From assembly GCA_021613535.1 (NCBI GenBank), contig CP075495.1, positions 4,092,001 through 4,156,000 of the forward strand: a stretch of 64,000 nt of DNA. The letters are read 5' to 3'. Shown piece after piece: positions 53,439 to 64,000 of this stretch. The DNA is from Adineta vaga. Its lineage: Eukaryota > Animalia > Rotifera. Below the pieces are notes generated by a model, which had not been told where the DNA came from, did not search any database, and was given only the letters and a program-made list of their open reading frames with translations. The first letter of the stretch is position 1. Every line of letters starts with the position of its first letter. The translations under genes were made by a program, and so were the position numbers.

Positions 53439-54004
53439 GGAATTTACTGACAATAGCTTTCTTTTTTTTGCGTTTATTTTTTCACTTGGTACGAATAAAA
53501 ATGAACGTAAATGAATATAATCTCTACTGTAATGATCAAATAAAACAAGAAAGCATTGATCATTTGTATAAAAAGCAAAGATTTCAATCGTATTTCTATA
53601 CGTGTAACATATTCATAGAGCATTAATAATATGCGTTACTCAGTTCAATAAGAAAACAAAATAACAATAACAATATTATGTACTTATTATTCACATTCAC
53701 AATAAGATGTAAAAAAAAGATCAGACGCAATTCATGTATTACGTTATTCCTGTCAAATTAAACATGTTTCAGTCGAACAATAATATCCGTCATAAAATTT
53801 CTCTTTAAAGATAAACTAATATAATTAATATTTGTTTACTATTTTTTTAACCTTGATATATGTAACATCGTTACATAAGTACTCATTTCTATACAATAAT
53901 GACGTACATGTCATCTCAAGAAAACAAAAATATGACGACACATTCAAAATACAAGTATATAAATCATCAATGATTTGCATTAAACTCAATTGCTTCAAGT
54001 TAAA

Positions 54005-54777
54005 ATGATGCTCTCATTTATCTTTGCATACTTGTTTTTGTTTTCATATACTCATGGAGAAGATCAATGGAAGGATCTATTAAAAAGCCAATTAGTTCGA
54101 GATACACAACAACAAAATTTCATTTGGTCACGTTTTAACTGGCGGCGTACAACTACCAACAAACCAACAATAAGCTCATCGACAAACAAACCAATTGTCA
54201 CATCATCAGCAGCAGTAGCAGCATCAAGTACAACAGCAGTATCATCGTCATCAGCATTCACTACTTTCCAAAATGAAGCATTGAATCAAACAAACCAATA
54301 TCGTGCAAAGCATTGTGCACCGAATTTAAAACTCAATGCCACACTTAATAATATTGCTCAAAACTATGCGAAAAAATTAGCTTCACTTAACAGTATGATC
54401 CATAGTCAAAATGGTCTCGGAGAAAATTTATATTCGACTAGTTCATCAGAAGCAATAGATATTACTTCGATTAAAGGTAAATAATATTTATATTTGTTCG
54501 ATTAAAATAATATATTATTTTCATAGGATCAAAACCAGTTGATTTATGGTATGAAGAAGTAAAGCTTTACAGTTGGGGATCGCCTGGTTTTACATCTGGA
54601 ACAGGACATTTTACTCAACTTGTTTGGGCATCGACTACTGATTTTGGTATCGGTATTGCATGTACAAACAATAATAAATCATGTTATATTGTGGCAAATT
54701 ATTCACCAGCCGGTAATATACAAAATCAATTTCCGTCTAATGTCAAGAAAGTATCATCGTGTACTCAATCCAGTTAA
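54005..54777 (+). CDS. Secreted CAP/SCP (GAPR-1/PR-1-like) protein (exons 54005-54476, 54527-54777)
   Basis: Signal peptide, Ser/Ala linker, NQYRAKH, GENLY, WYEEVK, GHFTQLVW, VANYSPAGN. Confidence 0.92.
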
Positions 54778-55553
54778 AGACATGAGTCATCAGTGTTTTT
54801 TAGTTTATTTTTCGTGTTCATCACTTCTATTTTTGTTCTTTATAATAAAAACGAAAACACACCGAATTTCGGTAAAACTTATTATCATAGAATCTTTCTA
54901 AAGAAGCCGGTCGAAGCTTGATACTATTTTTGAACTTTGAAAAAATCTAGTGAGACGTTTTTGTGAACATTCGGTAGGTTTCAAAAGGACTGGCGTTTCA
55001 AAAAAGTTTAACCATTATTATAAATGCTACTGGTTTTAATTCATGTCTAAATTTATAATCTACTTGTAGCAAGTGACTAGCTCTTTAAAGCTTGATTTGT
55101 CCACCTTGAGATGCAAGAGCTGAATTAACGTTGTCACTTGGTCATCGATAATGATATGCTTTTTACAGCAAAGTCTAAAAGAAATCCTTGACACTATCCA
55201 GATTTGTGAATATGTATATATTCATTTCTTTGTTCTAAATAATAATAATAAACTCGATGCAGAAAAGATATTATATTTATCTATATTCTTATTTCAAAAA
55301 GTAGTTCTTTTTCCAGCGAACGTCATGTTGATGAATATACGTTAGCATTCAGTAATAGAAATTTATAAGTAAATTAATGATTGAAAAAAGATGTCTCTCT
55401 TGCCAGTTATATTTGTATAGGGAAAACTCTGTCTTTGTTCTATTGGTTTTCCTCCATCTCGATGGTTTCCTAGGAAGACAAAACCGACAGTCACTCATTC
55501 ACACGTACTTTTATTTCCATTTTATTTTTAAACTTTATAATTTAATTCTACTA

Positions 55554-56303
55554 ATGGCAAGTATTTTTTCTCGTTATTTAAAACATATCTCATGTATTAT
55601 CCTGATATTTGCTATACTCTATAAATATGAAATACCTGCGAAGTCATCGGATGGTAAAATATTATTGATAACAAAATCATCGACTCTTGCATATGATAAA
55701 CTACATGTATATCAAATTATTACAAACATCGATAAATTTACAGGGGTTTGTTATTTAACAAAATTGAGATCAAAAATATATCTACTATAGTTGAATAATG
55801 TGTTCTTTTAGTGGTATCCGAATATTGCTCGTGTAGAACATATGAAGTCAACAGCTTCGCAAGGAAAAAAACCTGAAGGTGATAAATATCGATTGATTAC
55901 CAAAGTCCCTTTAATTGGTTCGTCTTTTCGTTGATTTCAATAGGGAAATAATTGTAAGAAATATTCTCTTTAGGTGAAATATCATCTGAACTAGTTATTC
56001 AAAAAACAGATCGTGCCCAACGATTCATTTATTCAGTTAATTCATGGTTACTTGAAGTTAATTCAATTGAGTTAAAAAGTACTCCAAAAAATACAAATTC
56101 AACTGATATTGAATGGACAGTCTATACAAAACGACGTAGTTTTCTTTTTCAAGTAAATGAAAATCATTTTTTTTTCATATTTATAGTTAATCTATACATC
56201 TTCTCTCTTTTAGTATCTCATCTTACCATTTGCAAAATTCTACAAAAATCAACTCGTTCGTGAAGCATTATTTTCGTTAATGATTCATTTTCGTAATCTT
56301 TAA
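55554..56303 (+). CDS. SRPBCC/START-like (polyketide cyclase fold) protein with an N-terminal hydrophobic segment, 4 exons
   Basis: Exons about 55554-55745, 55812-55917, 55974-56152, 56213-56303 splice to VYQIITNIDKFTG|WYPNIARVE...GDKYRL...TDIEWTVY...C-terminal helix, a typical helix-grip pattern. Confidence 0.65.
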
Positions 56304-56894
56304 TTTTCTTAGTTATCTGAATGTCTTTTTCTGTTTTGTTTCGTAATATGAACTCAAATATAAAATAATAAATAAACTGATATAACAGAATATCCAACTG
56401 AATGTTAACGATTTTATTTTAAGACAAGACTACTAACTTTCTATGTTTACCGGAGAAAAACAAATATACATATACATCGTGTTCAATAATCAATATTGAT
56501 TTAAAAAATATATAAGAAAAATGCTATCAAACTATGTGGAAATTGATTGTGATTTTTATTTCTGAAGAAAAATTTTGATTGTATTGAGAATGGTATACAT
56601 TGTTGTAAAAATAGAGAGAAACTAACATTTTTAATGTGACTTACTAATAGTAATAGTTAATTGAATGAATGACTTACATACGCTTATTTGCTGTTCAGCT
56701 TTAGTCTTAACAATCTGCTGAATATGAAAATGGTAGATTTGATTACCTTTTTAAATATTATACGAATCAGGACAATATATGAGTACATAGAATTAGATGC
56801 ACAAAAAATCTACAGACATGTTATTAGAAATGTCTAACTTTATTGTAGAAGAAAAGGTATCTGTTAAAAACAGATAGGTAATATAAAAAGATCC

Positions 56895-56982
56895 TGCCCA
56901 TGGCGGGTCTCGATCCCGCGACTTCCGCGTTACTCAATGCTGTCTATAAGCACGGCAATCTAACCAACTGATTTACACGGGC
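56895..56982 (-). tRNA. tRNA-Ile(UAU) with a 14-nt intron (56931-56944)
   Basis: Cloverleaf GCCCGTG/CATGGGC, AATC/GATT, CCGTG/CGCGG, GCGGG/CCCGC; anticodon loop CT-TAT-A with the intron after position 37; TTTTT terminator at 56885-56889. Confidence 0.88.
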
Positions 56983-57602
56983 AATGATTAATTATTTATT
57001 TATTTCAAAAGATTCGTTACTCAAATATACATCATAATTTCCATTAATCAATCAAAGATTGCTATGTGTGATTTACTTGAATTTACAAGGCTGAGAGTAG
57101 GATGAAGTGTGTGCGTGTGGACGAAGGTATGAGTACGATCGATCGAAGAGAAGATATACCTACCAACTTAATCTACAAGTAGTCTGTTCTAAATTTGATT
57201 AGAGCATAGTTAGCCAAATATGTAACTACAGAATGGATAGTGATCACACAAAGCGACAATTCATTCAAAATATTCACACTTAGTCATCTATAGCAAAAAA
57301 AATAAATTGAGTTGAAACATGCTATCAATGAAACAGAAACTTTCGACGAATAGAAATCGACTATTCTTCGCTATATAGATCTGGTGTTCGCCTCGGTTAT
57401 TCATTTATTTACTTCACTTTCCATTTCATGCTATAATAAGTTCTACAAATACACACGCAAATTATCGAAATTAATTTAAATCATTTCTATGAGTTATATT
57501 TAGTCAAGAATAAGATTTTTGTAATATTCAATTGCATTCTATTTTGTAGTCTGCTAACAGCATAACTTCAACTATATGTGAATTGAATAATATAAAGTAT
57601 CA

Positions 57603-57845
57603 AAAGATGAAATGTTATTCAAAGCAAATGAATCAAGAAAATACTTTTCTGTTGGTAATTATGTCAAAAGGTTTAAATGAAAAGTATCAGGGTGAAGCTG
57701 AAATGATTATTGACATCGATGAATTGAAAGCAATTGTTTTAAATGATGGAACGAAAGATGAAATGCCTATATGAATAAGTAAAGAAATAGCAACTAGCAT
57801 AGATGCAAATGAATAGTTTCAATTAAGAGACTTAGTTAATATTTC
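57603..57845 (+). pseudogene. SUPT5H: Decayed fragment of Spt5 (KOW region)
   Basis: KDEMLFKANESRKYFSVGNYVK/fs/GLNEKYQGEAEMIIDIDELKAIVLNDGTKDEMPI*ISKEIATSIDANE*FQLRDLVNI resembles Spt5 ELRKYFKMGDHVKV..GRFEGDTGLIV...ETASGVD..GQ...GELVQL; one frameshift and two stops. Confidence 0.7.
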
Positions 57846-58803
57846 GTCAGTTTTTTCAATGCATTCACACATATAGAAAAAAAAATAAAGGCATGCCGTT
57901 CCATAATATACATCTCCAATTATGCTTTTGGTACAAAATAGTTTCGAAAATGGTAGATAAAATATTTCTCTCCTATACTCTAAGAAAAAAAGGATTTTCG
58001 CAAAACCTTCAAAACTTCTTGTCTTGTATGTATGGGAAAAGTCTTTACATATTCGTAAAGATTATAACACCTTCATATTAATGTGATAATCTTTGTTGGT
58101 TTGACATTAAACATCGAGAGCTTCACATTTAATCTTGAATTTTCTTCTCATGCATCCAAGCAATGAAAATTTGTTCTTTCAATTTTTCACACCTGAGCGA
58201 ACATTTTCGAAGGTTCAATAGAGTACCAACTTTCTGTAGTGTGTATCTTCTTTTTTTTATTTGAAAGATTCTATATTCATATTTCTACTCATTTTTCTCG
58301 TCGATATAAATTCTCTGAGTATGCAGAAAAGGATCAACGTCATTCAGCGAATAAGTACTAATTGATTATTAATCGACAATATTACATATGTCGGTCTCTC
58401 TAGGTGAAGGACAGTCGACAAATCTTCTTAGAATATAGGTCACAAATGTTCATCGTAAAGACACAGCAGGCCACTTATTCTTCTAATGATCATCGACTTA
58501 TGACTCAGTCTTAAGGGCATAGAAAATGTCAGTTAAATATCAACATAACCATGAAGTAATGAACTATATATGTCAAAAGTTTGTCACTATGTATCATATG
58601 TAAGTTTCTGTCGGCTAATATGTCATTGATGATAACTTTAGTAAATAGGGTTAAAATTATTCATGGGATATTATTATTAATGAAGTATTACCATACATCA
58701 GACAAAGATCGATTAGATGCTTTTTCTGCTTCGAATCTTTTATTTAATCATCACAACACAAATGAACACTACATAAATATTCTCACTGTCTAATACTGCA
58801 CAT

Positions 58804-61800
58804 CTAAACCACAACTTCATACACTGTTTTTTTATTTGAAGGATCATTTTTAATTGGTGTTGAATAAACACCATCACTATCATCGATATCTTCTTTATCA
58901 TTTGTTCCATAGAATGGAAAACCATAGGTAATATTTTGTGTTGGACAAGTATTGACATGATTTTGTGTAAACGATTGATTCGTTTGATTCAAATCTGTTA
59001 CAGTTAACTGATCACCATTCGTTAATAGAGTTGATTTAGGATTAGATAATTTAGGATCATTTGAACCATTTGATGATTTTCCTAACAGTTAATAAACATT
59101 TATCTTATACTTAATTAAAATTAGTTTTTTTTCTAAATTAAATACCTGAAAATTGATCAAGACTTAAATAAGATGGTGGTATCTGTTGTTGTTCAGGATA
59201 TGTGATGTTTGAAAAGAATTTTGTCGAACTAGAAAACAGCAAAGTTAAGAAATAATTTATTCTTAATAATTAGTTTTACTTTGCTGCAATTGGTTCGAGA
59301 ATCACGGGATGTTGAGAAGATTTCTTACTTGAGATGGTAACTAAATAGTAAGTTTGTTTTATATTTATAATTGTCCGCAATGTCTCATAGATAAAATCCT
59401 TACTTAAACTATGAGTAGTATTTCGTCGTCGTCTTCGTTTTAAAATAAAACAAAATATGCAAAGACCAATTAGAATGAGTAGAGTAACAGTTATAATGGA
59501 AGATACGATGATAAATATCCAATTGAATGATGTTTCACGTTCTAAAATATTATCATATTTGAGTTTGTTTCAAAACGAAATGTAATAGAACTTCTATTCA
59601 CTTATATCAACTAGAAAGTTTTCACCACAAAAACTTTCATATTGATCCAGACAAATCGATGTATTGATCATATGATTTAGAAAGATTTTATCTAATTTAA
59701 TTACTCCACTTGATGTTACAAGACGTTGACAAGTATGCGTTTGATTAGATATTTCAATACGAATACATAAAGGAACTTTGACTGATGTGAAAATGGTATC
59801 ATTAATACGATAATGTATGGATCCTTCCGAAAGATACAACGATGAATATTCAAGAAGTGGTATTTCTAAGAGAAAACATATTTGATGTCGTCCATTAAAA
59901 TATGAACAAACCTTCTTTTCCTATTGGTAAATCTTTTGTTTGTAAACGAAGAAATGCATTTTTAGAACTTTGTCCTAATTGATTATGAGCTCGTACAGTT
60001 ATGTTATAGTATTCCAGATGTCGAAGTTCTGAAAATAGATCACAAATCAAACATCAAGAAGTGTATATATCGACAAATGTACTTGTAAATGTAAATTGTG
60101 TTTGATTTGTTTCTTTCCATACTGAATTATCCAAAGAAATCCAAAATGATTGTGTCCATCCACCATTGAATCCTGCTTTCCAACTGACACTAATCGTTGA
60201 ATAACTAACACTTGTTACGATTAAATCCATTGGTGAATCAGGTACATCTATACATAAAAGAATCTGTTGTTTATTTAGTTTCAATAAATGAAGAACAGCT
60301 GTCAGAAAATATGATTGATTGATTGATTGATAAGCTATTAATCTAGGGAAAAATTCCATCCTATGAACACTTGGAAGTATATGTCTATATGATATGATAA
60401 TGATCGATAAAAGAGCAAACACAGTATGAGATGAGAATCGAACTTACAACTAAAGTGTATGTCAACATACCTTTTGATCTCAGTTGGATACTTGTAGAAT
60501 TATATCCTAACTTATTTGTTGCATTACATGAATAGAAACCATAATCTCGATTTGATTGAATTTGTCGAAGAATTAAATAAGACGAAGAATTCTTTTGTGA
60601 AATTAAATATTTCGTAGAATTTGATAAAATTTTATTTTCTAATTTCCATAGAATTGTTGCTGAAGGATATGAATCAATGTTACAATGTAATTCAATATTC
60701 GTTTCTTCAAGATCAGCAGCAATGATCGGATGTTCAGAATATACTTTTGGAGTATCTAAAAATAGCAATTGAATTAAATGATTCAAAATCAATCTATTAT
60801 TACATTGTACAAGAACTTTTGTTTGAGTTTTATTAAATTTTTCAATAACACTTCCATTTGAATATTTCAAAGTATTCTTAACTAAACATACATAATTGCC
60901 TGCATCTTCTCTCGCAATTTTTTCAATAACGATTGATGATGTTAATGAACTTGTATTTAGCTTTTCGTTGTTTTTATACCATTGATAATAATCAATCAAT
61001 GGATATGAATTAACATTACAAGATAGCACTAACCGTTGATTTTCCGTTTTTATTCCACCACCAGTTAATTCTATCAGCGGAGAATCTATTAATGAAAAAA
61101 GAAATAGGTTTTACTGAGAAAACAAAAAATATCCTTGTCTATCTATTTTACATTGAACACGAATATGTACGGATGATTGACTTTGGCCAATTGCATTTGT
61201 TGATGAACATGTATATTCTCCATCATCAGCACGTTTAATCGATTGTAATGGTAATGAAGGTGAAGTATGACCTAAAAAAGTAATCCAAAAGTAAGTCATT
61301 ATCATTTCATCTAGAGAATGTACAAACCAGATAATAAAACACCATTTTTTAACCAATTAATTGGTTTAATCAATGCTGGATTTGAATCAATTTGACAATC
61401 AATTGTTACATGATCATTTTCCGTCACAAGTAAATTAAGATTTGAAACAATTGCTCGATTCGAATGTAAACTTACATCTGGTTTATCTATTTTAAATAGG
61501 CAAGAAAACGAATTTATAATTATTAAATCGAAGTTCATCTTTTACATTGAATATTTAATGTATAGGATGATTGTAATGGTTTATCTAATGCTTGATTTTG
61601 TACTTGACACGTTAATGAACCATTATGAAAACGTTTTTCCAATGGTAAATATAATTCACTATGTGATTGATGTGTATTTGGATAGACATGATAGAACGAT
61701 CTAAAAAGAAATTTATAGGAAAAGAAAAAAAGATTATCTTTATTGTCTTACTCATTTAATTTCATATCATTCAATAACCAATGAAATGTGGGTAGAGGAT

Positions 61801-62455
61801 TTCCACCTTTTGTTTTACAGGAAAATCTTCCAACTTGATTTTCCACTAAACTTCGATTTGTTTGTTGAAGATCCGGTTGTGATGGTCGAGCTAAAATAAG
61901 ACTCAAATGTTATATCAATGGTATTCATCTAGTGAAGATTAAATAGATATGTTAACCTTGTTAATCCTAATTAGAAACAATTATCAAACAGTCATAGATC
62001 AATCATTTGTACGATCAATCTCAAGGTAGAATTATCCAACTGTGTAAATGTCATCAACTTACTTAAAATAGTTAAGAGTACATTAATTGATAAAACTTGA
62101 TCAAAATTTTGACATAAATATCTTCCACTATCTTGACCAACGACAGACTTGATAATTAAATCATATTTACCAGTAATTTCATATTTCTTCTTATCACCAG
62201 ATATCTCTGTATTAACGGATAGAACAACACCATCTTTTGACCTATGTAATTTACCGAACAATCCAAACAAGAAAGGAAATATATAGTTATGACTACTGAC
62301 CACATAACACGATCTCGTTCTTGTAATTGTTCAAAATAACAAGTAAGTATAACATCACGTCCTTGTTTTTCTGCAATTGTTCTTGTATCAACTATTCTTG
62401 ATGCATGAATCCATTGAATAATAATAATAATCGATAAAAAGACTAAACAAATCAT
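58804..62455 (-). CDS. Ig-superfamily cell-adhesion protein (multiple Ig, FN3, TM, PDZ-binding tail YEVVV), nephrin/echinoid/sidestep-like
   Basis: Signal peptide; DSGRYLC, GGNPLP, DDGEYTC, DAGNYVC and DYGFYSC Ig motifs; WKAGFNGG FN3; TM followed by KRRRRN. Confidence 0.88.
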
Positions 62456-62837
62456 TGATTAACAAACAATATTATAGAGAGAGAAAAAAACGGAAAATGA
62501 ATCATCATTGTGTTAAATCTTACCAAAGACTGTTATTTGATACATTTGTTAGATTGAATTGAATACGTTAATCTGAATGCGAAGTGTAGAGATGAAATTT
62601 TATTATGTTACGTCAAGTTAAAGTTCAACATAAGAATCTTTTATGTATTCGCTTTTGCTTCACATCTTTCGAATCACCGAATAGAAATGAATTTGTAAAT
62701 AAACTAGATGACGACGAGCAAAAAGGATCAGGTCGATTGAGAGAGGATAGAAATAATTATGATTTCTTCGCCTTCTATACCAATAATGAGTAAATAGACA
62801 TGCGGATGGTAAAAGAAATGAATGAACGGACACCACA

Positions 62838-62895
62838 TCCTCCTCCTCCTCCTCTTCTTCTTCTTGTTCTTCTTCCTCCTTCTCCTCTCATCTCA
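62838..62895. repeat. (CCT)/(CTT) pyrimidine-rich simple repeat upstream of the Ig gene
   Basis: cctcctcctcctcctcttcttcttcttgttcttcttcctcct. Confidence 0.8.
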
Positions 62896-64000
62896 CGCTC
62901 TCCTTCTCTATCTCTCGAAAGAGAAAGCAAGAAAAACAGACACATCCATTATCTATGTATAGAACTCTTTAATTCCATTTTTACAGTTGTACATATATTT
63001 AAACTCATTTGTCATAATCATGTAATCATCATAGACATCCATACTAGCACTTGTCTCGTGAGTTTCAATTCTATCTTGACGATTGAGTTGTTCATGTTTG
63101 TCAAACATTAATTTTCCTCAAGATGTTCAATGTATTGATTTCCTTGAGCTATATATATTTGATTTGATTTAATTCAATAAATAAAGTGTTAGAATTGTTC
63201 ATCACAAGATGATTTACTTTTTTTGTTAATACAAATCAAATAAAAAAATCTTTACATTTGTTTTATACATATTTTTAACAAAGACGAATTCTTGTTATTT
63301 ATATCACACCTTTTTCTTCTTCTTCTTCTTCTTCTTCGATGAACTTCATTGAAAAAGAAACGATTAAGTGACTATATGTATAGCACAGTATGTGGCTTCC
63401 TTATTCCTCTAAAAAGCTATTCTCAGTCTATCTATGACTTTAATTATAGTCTGTACAATTGCTTAAACTTTTTTTTCTTTTTTTCATCGCTATATCCGGA
63501 TTCATCTTTGTCTTTCTTATGCTGACCGTTACGAAGACGCCGGCAGATGAGTGATTGAGATGGTGTCATTTCCTTGTGCAATCTTCTACTTATAGATTTT
63601 TGATTCCTATTGATGTATAAAGAGAAAGAGAGAGAAAGATGCAAAAGATTACAATGAGTATATGATAGATGTTTATTTATGTTCATCAAGGGCAGTAAGA
63701 CGATTGCATCAATTTTCTCTTTTTTCTTGTTTATTTTTTTATTATTATGATATTGATACGAAGGATGAACCTGTAACATTCAATGATGAAGAAGATGTTT
63801 TGTGGGAAGAAATAAATATCAATTAACTGTATTGTATATGTATATAGTGAGATCTAATATGATTTCCTAGAGATATTCAACACCAGAGATTTGTTTCACA
63901 TGAGTATGTTCTAGTGAATCGTTGTTTCTTTTTGATTTGATTAGTAATGAGATTATCTTTGATGTAATCTTATATATTATGATAGATGTCAAAGTTCAAT

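Noticed and set aside
58150-58250. Minus-strand peptide VGTLLNLRKCSLRCEKLKEQIFIAW, vaguely like a hAT dimerisation domain
   Set aside because: Too short, with no TIRs or TSD; cannot be supported without a search.
63444-63779. 111-aa minus-strand ORF
   Set aside because: No domain and partly low complexity; could be a UTR or upstream exon but is unsupported.
1-64000. CRISPR arrays, rRNA, telomeric repeats, intact transposons
   Set aside because: None seen by manual reading. Most remaining short ORFs are antisense or off-frame shadows of real exons.

Overview
AT-rich, gene-dense eukaryotic DNA with many ~50-65 nt GT-AG introns. The mix of metazoan genes with fungal-, bacterial- and plant/protist-like genes points to a bdelloid rotifer (inference). 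About 19 protein genes were assembled by hand: an allatostatin-A/galanin-like GPCR, an LRR-FN3-TM protein, a 2xCBM1-GH45 cellulase, a DUF707 protein, a CaaX ankyrin protein, Canopy3/4, a DoxX-like protein, a C3H-finger/tandem-BRCT protein, a small TM protein, importin-alpha, an extended LC8 dynein light chain, mTOR, PTCD2, glycogen synthase, a divergent 7TM, a triple trypsin-domain protein, a CAP protein, an SRPBCC protein and an Ig/FN3 adhesion protein. There is also an intron-containing tRNA-Ile(UAU) and a decayed Spt5 fragment. The most notable observations are: (1) two operon-like co-oriented pairs (DoxX->CNPY, 96 bp gap; PTCD2->mTOR, ~220 bp gap) with the same AG|ATAAAAT acceptor context, suggesting polycistronic transcripts resolved by SL trans-splicing; (2) a BRCT protein with three exon-duplicated CX4CX11CX2H fingers; (3) 12-nt micro-exons encoding the S1 pocket of each protease domain; (4) a tRNA-Ile with an initiator-type T-loop; (5) a local cluster of HGT candidates. 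All calls come from manual reading; no searches were run.
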